Made by a program: the position numbers and the translations under genes
Shown: piece after piece, positions 38,999 through 48,676 of the stretch
How the letters are laid out: every line of letters begins with the position of its first letter
How positions within the stretch are numbered: position 1 is the first letter of the stretch
Origin: Eubacteriales bacterium
GTDB lineage: Bacteria > Bacillota > Clostridia > Oscillospirales > CAG-272
DNA length: 53,841 bases
NCBI GenBank assembly: GCA_018383975.1
Contig: JAHAZT010000027.1
Location: forward strand, 1-53,841
Direction of reading: 5' to 3'
The notes under the pieces: generated by a model
Told to the model about the DNA's origin: nothing
The model's database searches: none
The model's input: the letters and a program-made list of their open reading frames with translations, nothing else

Positions 38999-39772
38999 AT
39001 GTATTATAACAAAGTCGAACTTTGCGGAGTGAATACCTCAAAGCTGAAAACCCTTACGACAGAAGAAAAAAACGAGCTTCTGAAAAAGTCGAAAAACGGC
39101 GATTTGCACGCCCGCGAGGAGCTTATATCCGGCAATATCCGCCTTGTACTCAGCGTTATTCAGAGGTTCGGAAGCCGGGGAGAGGATGCAGACGACCTTT
39201 TTCAGGTCGGCTGTATCGGACTGATAAAGGCGATAGACAATTTTGACCTCGACGTCGGTGTCAGGTTCAGCACATATGCCGTGCCGATGATAATAGGCGA
39301 AATACGCAGATATCTGCGCGACAACAGTATGATAAGAGTCAGTCGCAGTCAGCGTGACCTTGCATACCGCGCGCTGCGCGCAAAGGAGGAGCTTTCGCTC
39401 CGGCTTTCTCGTGACCCGACAGACGCCGAAATTGCCGCCGAACTCGGTGCCGGAGCCTCCGACGTCACAGAGGCACTTACGTCGATAACAACCCCGCTTT
39501 CCCTTTATGAACCGGTTTTCAGCGAGGGCGGCGACGCGCTCTATCTTATGGATCAGATAAGCGATGACAAGGAAAACGACGAAGCGTGGATAGACAATAT
39601 CGCAATCGGCGAGGCAATGAAGCGTCTTTCCGAAAGAGAACGCTCGATAATTTCAATGAGGTTTTTCAGAGGAAAAACGCAAATGGAGATAGCGGACGAA
39701 ATCGGAATTTCGCAGGCACAGGTGTCACGCATAGAAAAGGGTGCGCTCGACAGAATCCGTAAACAGATATAA
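38999..39772 (+). CDS. sigG: Sporulation RNA polymerase sigma factor SigG
   Basis: Diagnostic N-terminus 'NKVELCGVNTSKL', 'DDLFQVGCIGL', 'FSTYAVPMIIGEIRRYLRDN', 'GKTQMEIADEIGISQAQVSR'. Confidence 0.96.
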   Translation: MYYNKVELCGVNTSKLKTLTTEEKNELLKKSKNGDLHAREELISGNIRLVLSVIQRFGSRGEDADDLFQVGCIGLIKAIDNFDLDVGVRFSTYAVPMIIGEIRRYLRDNSMIRVSRSQRDLAYRALRAKEELSLRLSRDPTDAEIAAELGAGASDVTEALTSITTPLSLYEPVFSEGGDALYLMDQISDDKENDEAWIDNIAIGEAMKRLSERERSIISMRFFRGKTQMEIADEIGISQAQVSRIEKGALDRIRKQI

Positions 39773-39785
39773 TCTGTCGGCATGA

Positions 39786-39828
39786 AAAAATCATCTTCCG
39801 TCCGTTGCGGAGGATGATTTTTCTTTTT
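39786..39828 (+). terminator. sigG terminator
   Basis: AAAAATCATCTTCCG / CGGAGGATGATTTTT followed by T-rich sequence. Confidence 0.8.
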
Positions 39829-39891
39829 CCGCTTTACAATGCGTCGCCGAAGTGATAAAATAGTCATATATCATTTAACGGAGATAACACA

Positions 39892-40608
39892 ATGCGTCTT
39901 GACAAATTTCTGACAGTCACCGCCACCGCAACCAGAAGCGAAAGCAAAAAAGCGGCAAGGGCGGGAGCCGTTACGGTGAACGGAGAGGTCGTGCGCGACA
40001 CGTCTGTGCAAATAGATGAAGAAAACGACAGAATAACCTTCCGCGGCGTAACCGTCGTGTACAGAAAATTTATCTATATAATGATGAACAAGCCTATGGG
40101 CTATATCAGCTCAACCGATGACCCGAGAAAGAAAACCGTTCTTGAGCTTTTGCCGGAAAACCTCCGTCGGCTCGGACTTTTCCCCTGCGGCAGACTTGAT
40201 ATCGACACAACGGGGCTTCTCATTCTGACAAACAACGGTCAGCTTGCGCACAGGCTTCTTTCGCCGAAGTATCACGTCGACAAAACGTATTTCTTCACCT
40301 GTTCTCCTCCCGTATCCCGCGAGCAGGCAGACAGACTTGAAGCCGGCGTCGACATAGGCGAAAAAGCGCTCACAAAGCCTGCAAAGGTCGCCCTTTCCGA
40401 TGACGGCGCAAGCGGATTCATCACAATATCCGAAGGAAAATTTCATCAGGTCAAGCGTATGTTTTTTGCCGTCGGCTCGGAGATAACCTCTCTCCGACGG
40501 ACGGAATTTGCAAAAATTCCGCTTGACGTCTCCCTTTCCGAGGGAGATTTCCGTCCGCTCACGGAAAGCGAAGAAATGCTTCTTGAAAATGCCCCTCAAC
40601 AACGTTAA
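39892..40608 (+). CDS. RsuA-family rRNA pseudouridine synthase
   Basis: S4 domain 'MRLDKFL', 'NKPMG', catalytic 'GRLDIDTTGLLILT', 'EGKFHQVKRMF'; upstream TTTACA-17-TAAAAT (39833-39861). Confidence 0.93.
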   Translation: MRLDKFLTVTATATRSESKKAARAGAVTVNGEVVRDTSVQIDEENDRITFRGVTVVYRKFIYIMMNKPMGYISSTDDPRKKTVLELLPENLRRLGLFPCGRLDIDTTGLLILTNNGQLAHRLLSPKYHVDKTYFFTCSPPVSREQADRLEAGVDIGEKALTKPAKVALSDDGASGFITISEGKFHQVKRMFFAVGSEITSLRRTEFAKIPLDVSLSEGDFRPLTESEEMLLENAPQQR

Positions 40609-40760
40609 ATTTTATAATATATTAGAAACGTTCGATTTTCAAATCGACATTTTTCTGTTTTTCGCAATTTATTGTGCAACTTTCACAAATTATATTTTGA
40701 AACTTTGGAGGAATAAACTCTTTCATTGTCAATCTCTTTTTGCTATAATATATCTGTACT

Positions 40761-40853
40761 TTTTTGTGCAGGAGTTTCTTTTGCAAAAGCCGCACAAAAA
40801 CATCTACCATCGGCGGCTGGAAGATGTAAAAAAATATCGTTTTTTGTCGCCGG
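40761..40853 (+). ncRNA. Candidate structured leader (hairpin plus pseudoknot) of the msmX-like gene
   Basis: TTTTTGTGC/GCACAAAAA stem; ACATCT..CCA/TGG..AGATGT stem whose loop TCGGCGGC pairs with GTCGCCGG; follows the extended -10 TGcTATAAT at 40741-40749. Confidence 0.5.
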
Positions 40854-40867
40854 GAACGGAGTCAATA

Positions 40868-42061
40868 ATGGCAAGCTTATCACTCAGACACATTTACAAA
40901 AAATATCCGGGCGGCGTTACAGCCGTTTCCGACTTCTGCCTTGAAGTCAGAGATACGGAGTTTATAATTTTCGTAGGTCCTTCCGGCTGCGGTAAGTCAA
41001 CGACGCTGCGTATGATAGCGGGTCTTGAAGAAATCACCGAAGGCGAGCTTTACATCGGCGACCGCCTTGTAAACGACGTTGCCCCCAAGGACAGAGACAT
41101 CGCAATGGTGTTCCAGAACTACGCTCTTTACCCGCACATGACCGTTTTCGACAATATGGCGTTCGGTCTCAAGCTCCGCAAGGTTCCGAAGGAAGAAATC
41201 AAGCGCAAGGTTGAAGAAGCCGCAAGAATTCTTGATATTTCTCACCTGCTTGACAGACACCCCAAGGCTCTTTCCGGTGGTCAGAAGCAGCGTGTTGCGC
41301 TCGGTCGTGCAATCGTTCGTAACCCCAAGGTATTCCTTCTCGACGAGCCGCTCTCAAACCTTGACGCAAAGCTCCGCGCGGCAATGAGAACGGAAATTAC
41401 AAAGATTCACCACAAGCTCGCCGCAACGTTTATCTACGTTACGCATGACCAGGTAGAGGCTATGACAATGGCAACCCGTATCGTCGTTATGAAGGACGGT
41501 ATCATCCAGCAGGTAGACTCTCCTCAGAACCTTTATGACTCCCCCGTAAACCTTTTCGTCGCAGGCTTTATCGGCACGCCTCAGATGAACTTTATCAACG
41601 GTAAGCTCCTGAAAAAGGATGACGGCGTTTATCTCAAATTCGGCGATATCTCCATAAAGCTGCCCGAAGAAAAAGGCAACAGCGAAGAGCTTAAGCCCTA
41701 TATCGGCAAGGAAATCATCGCAGGCGTCCGTCCCGAATGTATTGTTGATACTCCTATGCAGATTGCCGCTCTCAAGGATTCTTCCTTTGAAGCATATGTT
41801 GACGTTACAGAGCTTATGGGTTCCGAAATCCTTCTCTATCTCATCGCGAACAGAGTTGTTGTTGATGAAGAGCTTGCCTCCAAGAAGAACATCGTTATCG
41901 ACCGTTCGGGTGAACAGAAGCTCACGGCACGTGTATCTCCCCGCTCAACGGCGCGTAACGGAGACACGATCACCGTTGCAATCGACACGGCGCGCATGCA
42001 CCTGTTTGATAAGGAAACCGAGAAGCGCATCGTATTCAAGAGCGAACTTCCCGAAGAATAA
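40868..42061 (+). CDS. msmX: Stand-alone carbohydrate ABC ATPase (MsmX/MalK/UgpC family)
   Basis: 'GPSGCGKSTTLRMIAGLE', 'VFQNYALYPHM', 'LSGGQKQRVALGR', 'YVTHDQVEAMTMA', C-terminal TOBE region; GGAG then ATG at 40868. Confidence 0.93.
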   Translation: MASLSLRHIYKKYPGGVTAVSDFCLEVRDTEFIIFVGPSGCGKSTTLRMIAGLEEITEGELYIGDRLVNDVAPKDRDIAMVFQNYALYPHMTVFDNMAFGLKLRKVPKEEIKRKVEEAARILDISHLLDRHPKALSGGQKQRVALGRAIVRNPKVFLLDEPLSNLDAKLRAAMRTEITKIHHKLAATFIYVTHDQVEAMTMATRIVVMKDGIIQQVDSPQNLYDSPVNLFVAGFIGTPQMNFINGKLLKKDDGVYLKFGDISIKLPEEKGNSEELKPYIGKEIIAGVRPECIVDTPMQIAALKDSSFEAYVDVTELMGSEILLYLIANRVVVDEELASKKNIVIDRSGEQKLTARVSPRSTARNGDTITVAIDTARMHLFDKETEKRIVFKSELPEE

Positions 42062-42074
42062 TAATTGAAAACGT

Positions 42075-42107
42075 AAAACCGCTCATCCGTCTGGATGAGC
42101 GGTTTTT
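42075..42107 (+). terminator. msmX terminator
   Basis: AAAACCGCTCATCC-GTCT-GGATGAGCGGTTTTT. Confidence 0.85.
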
Positions 42108-42167
42108 GGTTTGACGAAAAATCTCAAATATCGATTTACAGATTAAAAATCCGAAACAAGTTTCCGG

Positions 42168-42204
42168 AAAACAAAAACGGCTCGAAATGAGTCGTTTTTG
42201 TTTT
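42168..42204 (-). terminator. fhs terminator
   Basis: AAAACAAAAACGGCTC / GAGTCGTTTTTGTTTT. Confidence 0.7.
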
Positions 42205-42211
42205 TTTATAA

Positions 42212-43879
42212 TTAAAAGAGTCCGCTTATTCTGCCGCTTTCGTCAACGTCGATTTTCTCTGCCGCGGGAACCTTCGGAAGCCCGGGCATTGTCATAATGT
42301 CGCCCGTAAGAACGACAATAAATCCCGCTCCCGCCGAAACTTTTACGTTTTTTACGGCAACCGTGAAATGCTCAGGCGCGCCGAGCTTCTGCGGATCGTC
42401 CGAAAAGCTGTACTGCGTTTTAGCAATGCAGACGGGGAGCTTATCAAATCCGAGCGGCTCAAGCCTTTTTATCTGCTTTTCCGCGTTCGGAGAAAGCGCA
42501 ATGCCGTCGCCGCCGTACACCTTTTTCACAACCTGCTCTATTTTTTCTTTTATCGGACAGTCAAGATTGTATGCAAAATTGAAGTTGCTTTCCTCATCGC
42601 AAAGACGGACAACCTCTCTCGCAAGTTCTTCCCCGCCTTCTCCGCCCTTTGCCCATACCTCCGAAAGCACCGTATTTACTCCGAGCCTTCTGCACTCGTC
42701 GATCACGAGCGCAAGCTCTCTCTCTGTATCTGTCGGGAAGCGATTGACGGCAACAACGCACGGAAGTCCGTATACATTTTTTATGTTTGAAACGTGACGA
42801 AGCAGATTCGGCATACCGTTTCCGAGGGCTGTAAGATCCTCTTTTGCAAGGTCGGTCTTTGCTGCACCGCCATGCATTTTCAGCGCTCTGACCGTCGCAA
42901 CCACAACAACTGCCGAGGGCACAAGTCCCGCCGCACGGCACTTTATATCAAAGAATTTTTCCGCTCCGAGATCCGCGCCGAAGCCCGCCTCCGTGACGGC
43001 ATAGTCGCCTGTGGTAAGCGCGGTTTTCGTTGCAATTACGGAGTTACAGCCGTGTGCTATATTCGCAAAGGGTCCGCCGTGAATAATCGCCGGCGTACCT
43101 TCAAGCGTCTGAACGAGATTCGGAGAAAGCGCATCCTTGAGCAGTGCCGTCATTGCGCCTGCCGCTTTGAGGTCACCCGCGGTGATCGGCTTATCGTCAT
43201 AAGTATATCCTATGATTATATTTGAAAGTCGGTTTTTAAGGTCGGAAATCGAAGTCGCAAGACAGAAAACCGCCATTACCTCCGAAGCTACGGTTATATC
43301 GTAGCCGTCCTCTCTCGGCACGCCGCCCGTCATCCCGCCGATACCGTCTATAACACAGCGGAGCTGACGGTCATTCATATCAACGCAACGTTTCCATGTA
43401 ATCCTTTTCGGATCTATTCCGAGTGCATTTCCCTGATAAATGTGATTATCTATCATAGCCGCGAGGAGATTGTTTGCCGCGCCGATTGCATGAAAATCGC
43501 CCGTGAAATGCAGGTTTATATCCTCCATGGGAATGACCTGCGCATAGCCTCCGCCCGCCGCGCCGCCTTTGATGCCGAAAACAGGTCCGAGCGACGGCTC
43601 ACGAAGCGCGAGCACCGCATTTTTCCCTATTCTGCGAAGTCCGTCCGCAAGACCGATTGTGGTTGTGGTTTTGCCCTCTCCCGCAGGTGTCGGAGTTATA
43701 GCCGTGACCAAAATCAGCTTTCCCTTCGGATTATTATGCTCCGAAAGGAACGAAAGGTCGATTTTCGCCTTGGACTTACCGTAGGGCTCAATATATCTTT
43801 CGTCTATCCCCGCGGTTTTTGCGATTTCATAAATATTTTTGGGCTTTATCGACTGAGCTATTTCTATATCCGTCATCAT
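42212..43879 (-). CDS. fhs: Formate--tetrahydrofolate ligase
   Basis: '[10 protein letters not shown]', '[14 protein letters not shown]', '[14 protein letters not shown]', 'KTQYSFSDD', 'MTMPGLP'; upstream TTTACA-17-TATAAT (43912-43940). Confidence 0.98.
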   Translation of the reverse strand: MMTDIEIAQSIKPKNIYEIAKTAGIDERYIEPYGKSKAKIDLSFLSEHNNPKGKLILVTAITPTPAGEGKTTTTIGLADGLRRIGKNAVLALREPSLGPVFGIKGGAAGGGYAQVIPMEDINLHFTGDFHAIGAANNLLAAMIDNHIYQGNALGIDPKRITWKRCVDMNDRQLRCVIDGIGGMTGGVPREDGYDITVASEVMAVFCLATSISDLKNRLSNIIIGYTYDDKPITAGDLKAAGAMTALLKDALSPNLVQTLEGTPAIIHGGPFANIAHGCNSVIATKTALTTGDYAVTEAGFGADLGAEKFFDIKCRAAGLVPSAVVVVATVRALKMHGGAAKTDLAKEDLTALGNGMPNLLRHVSNIKNVYGLPCVVAVNRFPTDTERELALVIDECRRLGVNTVLSEVWAKGGEGGEELAREVVRLCDEESNFNFAYNLDCPIKEKIEQVVKKVYGGDGIALSPNAEKQIKRLEPLGFDKLPVCIAKTQYSFSDDPQKLGAPEHFTVAVKNVKVSAGAGFIVVLTGDIMTMPGLPKVPAAEKIDVDESGRISGLF

Positions 43880-44085
43880 TTCGGTCACCTCTTTCAGATT
43901 TTATTTCTTACATTATACATTATTTTGCACACTTTGTAAAGCGGAAATTTGAAACGGAATTTTTTATCGACGCAAAGGAGATTGCCGGAAAAGACGGAAA
44001 AACGAAAATCTTTGCGTTATGTTCAAAAATCATATTGAAAAGAGTGGCTTCTATGTGTTAAAATAAACAAAAAGGCGGTGATTTT

Positions 44086-45567
44086 TTGAAAAAATATATT
44101 CTCGCTCTCGACGAAGGCACAACAAGCGCAAGGAGTATCCTTTTTGATAAAAGCCTTTCCGTCGTCAGCATGGCGCAACACGAGTTCACACAGTTTTATC
44201 CGAAGCCCGGCTGGGTTGAGCATGACCCTATGCAGATATATGCGTCGCAATATGCGTCGCTTACGGAATGTATTGCGAAAAGCGGCATTTCCGCAGACGA
44301 AATAGCCGGCATAGGTATAACCAATCAGCGCGAGACAACCGTTGTCTGGGACAAAAATACCGGCAAGCCCGTATATAACGCAATCGTCTGGCAATGTCGC
44401 AGGACGGCGGACATTTGCGAAACACTCAGGCAAAACGGCTATTCCGATTATATAAAAAAGACAACCGGTCTCCGTATAGACGCTTATTTCAGCGGCACAA
44501 AGCTGAAATGGATCCTTGACAACGTCGAAGGCGCGCGCGAGAAAGCCGAGCGCGGCGACCTCCTCTTCGGAACGGTAGACACCTGGCTTTTATGGAAGCT
44601 GACAGACGGAAAATCGTTCTGCACGGACAGAACAAACGCATCGCGCACTATGATGTGCAATCTCGAAACGGGCGAATGGGACGACGGACTTCTCAAAATG
44701 CTCGATATTCCCCGCACAATGCTTCCCGAAATACGTTCGTCGGGCGAGATATACGGATATATGGACTTGATGGGCGCACGGGTTCCGATTTGCGGAATGG
44801 CGGGCGACCAGCAAGCGGCGCTTTTCGGTCAGGGCTGCTACGAAGCGGGCGACGTCAAAAATACTTACGGCACCGGATGTTTCCTCCTTGCGCATACCGG
44901 CAGCGAAAGAATTGAAAGCCGGAGCGGACTCATCACAACGGCGGCGGCGACGGAAAAAGGTCGCGCGCCGGAGTATGCCCTTGAAGGCAGCGTTTTTGTC
45001 GCGGGAGCGATAGTCCAATGGTTGCGTGACGAAATGCGTCTTATTTCAGACTCTGCCGACAGCGAATATTTCGCACGGAAGGTCAGCGACACGGGAGGGG
45101 TTTACATCGTTCCCGCATTTTCGGGTCTCGGCGCACCGTATTGGGATATGCAGGCAAGAGGTGCCATCTTCGGGCTGACAAGAGGAACCGGCAGAAGTCA
45201 TATTATCCGTGCCGCACTTGAGTCGGTTGCGTATCAGAGCGACGATATGCTTTGCGCCATGGAAAGCGATATGGGCAAGCCTCTCACTTCGCTTAAAGTC
45301 GACGGAGGAATGTCCTCAAACGGATTTTTAATGCAGTTTCAAAGCGACATTTCAAAAATAACCGTCGTTCGTTCGGAGCTTAAAGAGGCGACTGCTGCGG
45401 GAGCGGCGGCACTTGCGGGACTGGCTGTCGGTTTGTTTGAAAGCAGAGCCGAGCTTATATCTCTTATGAAAGAAAAGGAAAAATTCGAGCCGAGCATGAC
45501 AGACGAAAAACGCTCCGGACTTTTGTCCGGCTGGCACAGAGCCGTTAATTCGTGCAGGGGATTTTAA
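44086..45567 (+). CDS. glpK: Glycerol kinase
   Basis: 'LDEGTTSAR', 'GITNQRETT', 'AIVWQCRRT', 'YFSGTK', '[10 protein letters not shown]', 'KNTYGTGCF'; TTG start. Confidence 0.97.
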   Translation: MKKYILALDEGTTSARSILFDKSLSVVSMAQHEFTQFYPKPGWVEHDPMQIYASQYASLTECIAKSGISADEIAGIGITNQRETTVVWDKNTGKPVYNAIVWQCRRTADICETLRQNGYSDYIKKTTGLRIDAYFSGTKLKWILDNVEGAREKAERGDLLFGTVDTWLLWKLTDGKSFCTDRTNASRTMMCNLETGEWDDGLLKMLDIPRTMLPEIRSSGEIYGYMDLMGARVPICGMAGDQQAALFGQGCYEAGDVKNTYGTGCFLLAHTGSERIESRSGLITTAAATEKGRAPEYALEGSVFVAGAIVQWLRDEMRLISDSADSEYFARKVSDTGGVYIVPAFSGLGAPYWDMQARGAIFGLTRGTGRSHIIRAALESVAYQSDDMLCAMESDMGKPLTSLKVDGGMSSNGFLMQFQSDISKITVVRSELKEATAAGAAALAGLAVGLFESRAELISLMKEKEKFEPSMTDEKRSGLLSGWHRAVNSCRGF

Positions 45568-45577
45568 GGAGGAAAAA

Positions 45578-46489
45578 ATGAGCATTACAATAAACAAAGA
45601 ATTTGTTCCGTCGTCTGACGGAATCCATGCTCTTTCCGGAAAAGTATATATTCCTGAAGAAAATCCGAAAGGACTTTTTCACGTTGTTCACGGGATGACA
45701 GAGCATATCGAACGGTATGATTTCTTTATGCGCAAGCTCGCAGAGGACGGTTACATCTGCTTCGGATACGACCATCTCGGCCACGGAACAACCGCCAAAA
45801 ATGCAGCCGAACTGGGCTTTATTGCACACAAGAACGGATGGGATCATCTCGCGAAGGACGTTTCCGTCTTTGCCGAAGCAATGAAGAAAAAATACGGGGA
45901 AACACTTCCCTATTACCTTATGGGACACAGCATGGGATCGTTTGTGTCAAGGCTTGCTGCGGAAAAATATATAAAACCGGATAAGTTTATAATCATGGGG
46001 ACGGGTGGCCCGAACCCCTCTGCCGGAATCGGGCTTATTGCAATCGACATAGCAAAAATTTTCAGAGGCGAAAAGTATATTTCAAAGACGATAGACAATC
46101 TCGCCTTCGGATCGTTCAATTCGCATTTCGAAGACGAAAACGACCCGATTGCATGGCTGACAAAGGACAAAGAACAGAAAGAAAAATATGCCGCCGACCC
46201 GTTCTGCACCTTCAAATTCACATTGAGCGCCATGCACGACCTTGTCACCCTCAACAAAAAGGCAAATCGCGCGGCGTGGTTCAGAAGCATAAAAATGCCG
46301 GTGCTTATTGTTTCCGGCTCCGACGACCCCGTCGGCGACTACGGAAAAGGCGTAACCAAAGTTTATGAAAAACTGAAAAAAGCGGGTTGCGACGTTCAAA
46401 TCAAGCTTTATGAAAACTGTCGTCACGAAATTTTGAACGACACCTGCCGAGATGAAGTCGTGCGGGATATTGAAAACTTTATAGCCTGA
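45578..46489 (+). CDS. Alpha/beta hydrolase, lysophospholipase/monoacylglycerol lipase-like
   Basis: 'VHGMTEH', 'DHLGHG', nucleophile 'GHSMG', 'DDPVG', 'RHEILN'. Confidence 0.9.
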   Translation: MSITINKEFVPSSDGIHALSGKVYIPEENPKGLFHVVHGMTEHIERYDFFMRKLAEDGYICFGYDHLGHGTTAKNAAELGFIAHKNGWDHLAKDVSVFAEAMKKKYGETLPYYLMGHSMGSFVSRLAAEKYIKPDKFIIMGTGGPNPSAGIGLIAIDIAKIFRGEKYISKTIDNLAFGSFNSHFEDENDPIAWLTKDKEQKEKYAADPFCTFKFTLSAMHDLVTLNKKANRAAWFRSIKMPVLIVSGSDDPVGDYGKGVTKVYEKLKKAGCDVQIKLYENCRHEILNDTCRDEVVRDIENFIA

Positions 46490-46491
46490 TT

Positions 46492-46519
46492 AAAAAGGAA
46501 CCCGCAAGGGCTCCTTTTT
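46492..46519 (+). terminator. glpK-hydrolase terminator
   Basis: AAAAAGGAACCC-GCAA-GGGCTCCTTTTT. Confidence 0.75.
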
Positions 46520-46612
46520 CTTATGACAGAAAAAACAGGGACAAAATCGTCCCTGTTTTTTGATTGCAAAAATGATAACAGGTCAGTACAAAACCGCACA
46601 AGACCGGTAACC

Positions 46613-46756
46613 AAAGCTTCTTTTGCCTACTTCTCCTCTCAAAAGAGATCGACACCCGTTTTTTTACCTATTGCCGTCTGCGCAGATGATAAGAGGTCTG
46701 CGGAAAACAATAAATAAAGCTTCTTTTGCCTACTTTTCTTCTCGAAGAAAAGTAGG
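46613..46756. repeat. Two-copy palindromic intergenic repeat (REP-like)
   Basis: AAAGCTTCTTTTGCCTACTT identical at 46613-46632 and 46716-46735; second copy ends in the palindrome CCTACTTTTCTT-CTCG-AAGAAAAGTAGG. Confidence 0.75.
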
Positions 46757-47515
46757 TCAGAATTTGCCGCCGCCACCGCCGTGAGACGAGCCGGACGAGG
46801 ATGTATGCGATCCGCCGCTGCTACTGCTGCTTTCGGTCTGACGTCTGACGCGGGAAACCGTCCTGTAAAGGAAGATGTCTTTTGCCGATTTGAGATTAAG
46901 ACTGTCCTTGACGACGTAGTCGTCCGCCTTTGCTTTGGAGCTGACGCTGTTGAGTTGCTTTTTATATTTTGCCATTATCACAAACGATATTATAATGCCG
47001 GCAATGAGAGCGACAAGAATAAACCTCGGAGCATTCCGGGTAAACAGCAACGCTCCGCTGCCGGTACCCTCCATCATGCCCTCGCATGTGTCCGCATAGG
47101 AAACAAAAGCAGAGTAGTAATTGCCTTTTTTGACGTCCGAAAGAATCATCTTGCCGATCGTTTCGTATTTGACCTTATCCTCGCACGAGCCTTTGGTCGA
47201 AACGTACCAATCCCGCTCCGACATATTGATGAGCAGAAGCACGCCGTCATCGCCGTAGCCGTTATAATCGAAATAGTCGTCGGCATATTCCATCGGGGTC
47301 TTTGACCCTATTGAATTTTCCGTCACAACCACTATATTTGCGCGGAGACGGTCACTGACGGCGGAAAGATGCTTTTCAAGATCCGATTTCTCGTCATATG
47401 TAAGAAGGTTTGCATTGTCAATAACGAGCGGAGGTCTTCCTGCCGCCGCAAAGCATGGGAAAACCGTCAACGCAATCAGAATTACAGAAAATACAAGCGA
47501 TAAATATTTTTTCAT
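46757..47515 (-). CDS. TPM domain membrane protein
   Basis: Signal peptide, 'VIDNANLL', 'YADDYFD', 'DGVLLLINMSER', TM helix, Ser/Gly-rich tail 'SHGGGGGKF'. Confidence 0.88.
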   Translation of the reverse strand: MKKYLSLVFSVILIALTVFPCFAAAGRPPLVIDNANLLTYDEKSDLEKHLSAVSDRLRANIVVVTENSIGSKTPMEYADDYFDYNGYGDDGVLLLINMSERDWYVSTKGSCEDKVKYETIGKMILSDVKKGNYYSAFVSYADTCEGMMEGTGSGALLFTRNAPRFILVALIAGIIISFVIMAKYKKQLNSVSSKAKADDYVVKDSLNLKSAKDIFLYRTVSRVRRQTESSSSSGGSHTSSSGSSHGGGGGKF

Positions 47516-47527
47516 AGCCGTCACCTC

Positions 47528-48610
47528 TCAAAGCAGGGATATAAGCGAGATTATGCCGAACGCAACCGCGCTTACAATGCCGGCGTATAATCCCCACCAT
47601 TTCCAGTATGCGCCCTTATCCATCGGCAGATTGCCGACCATTTTTCCAGTCTGACCGTTCATCGCAAAGGTATATTTATTGCCCCTCCACGTTGTATTCA
47701 GAAGCCATACGGGATAAAGCGCATAACGCGTTCTTCTGCCGTTTATGCCTATATTGCTGTGCTCTGTTCTGAGAGTTGCATATCCGCGTGCAGTCGACTG
47801 AAAACAGTCTTCCGTGCTTTTTCTTATGCGCTTATTGGCGCGTCCGATGCTTTCGTCTCTCGAAACGTCATATTTATCCGCGAGATAGCCGGCAAGGTAT
47901 GCCGTCTGAAAATCAACGGCTTCCGAAGCGTTGAACGGCTCGACCGACTCCATAAGGTCATCTGCCATTTTGCTCGACCCGTCGACCGGAACGTTTTCAA
48001 AATCAAGCGTTCCCTTTCTGAACACGGAAAAATAACTCGTTTCCGTATAGTTATAGCTTGAATCGCTCCAGGTGCGAACCTTTGTGCCTCTGTATCTTAT
48101 ATCGGCATCGACGTCGGAGTCGAAAAGCCAGAACGGAACGTAAATTCCTTTTATCTCGTCTATATGATTTTCATCCTTGAACACCTTCGGAAGAAGTTTT
48201 TTCCCCGAAAAATGTTCAAGCAGTTTTTTCTTTGCCTCTTCTTTTCCGAACCTGAAAGGGATTACGCAGTCGGGCTTGAGCATTCCGCCGAGTCTTTCCG
48301 TCAGGACGACGGGGTTGCCGCAGAACGGACAACTCGTTGCCGAGGTGTTTTCGTCGCAGACGATTTCTCCTCCGCAGGAATTGCATACGTAAGCGCGGAC
48401 GCCTTCGTCCTCGCTCCATTCTGTTTCGGGAGTGTCCTCCCATTTCGCCTCTTTTTCGTCATCGCTTTCCGAAAGTGCCTCATCATACGATTTAAGATCT
48501 TCAACCTCAAATTCCGTATCGCAATACGGGCATTTCAGCTTCTGAATTTTGCTGTCAAAGCTGATCGCTCCGCCGCAACACGGGCATTTGTATTCTATAA
48601 TATCTGCCAT
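47528..48610 (-). CDS. Zinc-ribbon protein with a C-terminal TM helix (YdjG-like)
   Basis: Four CxxC motifs (CPCC, CPYC, CNSC, CPFC), 'YVPFWLF', 'NGQTGK', C-terminal TM helix. Confidence 0.85.
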   Translation of the reverse strand: MADIIEYKCPCCGGAISFDSKIQKLKCPYCDTEFEVEDLKSYDEALSESDDEKEAKWEDTPETEWSEDEGVRAYVCNSCGGEIVCDENTSATSCPFCGNPVVLTERLGGMLKPDCVIPFRFGKEEAKKKLLEHFSGKKLLPKVFKDENHIDEIKGIYVPFWLFDSDVDADIRYRGTKVRTWSDSSYNYTETSYFSVFRKGTLDFENVPVDGSSKMADDLMESVEPFNASEAVDFQTAYLAGYLADKYDVSRDESIGRANKRIRKSTEDCFQSTARGYATLRTEHSNIGINGRRTRYALYPVWLLNTTWRGNKYTFAMNGQTGKMVGNLPMDKGAYWKWWGLYAGIVSAVAFGIISLISLL

Positions 48611-48676
48611 AAAAATGTTTTCTCCTCCGTATATGCCCGCGGGAAAGGCAAAACTGTCTTTCCCGCAGTAAATATA

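Noticed and set aside
43880-43945. ZTP (pfl) riboswitch upstream of fhs
   Set aside because: The promoter leaves only about 25 nt of leader, with no room or consensus for an aptamer.
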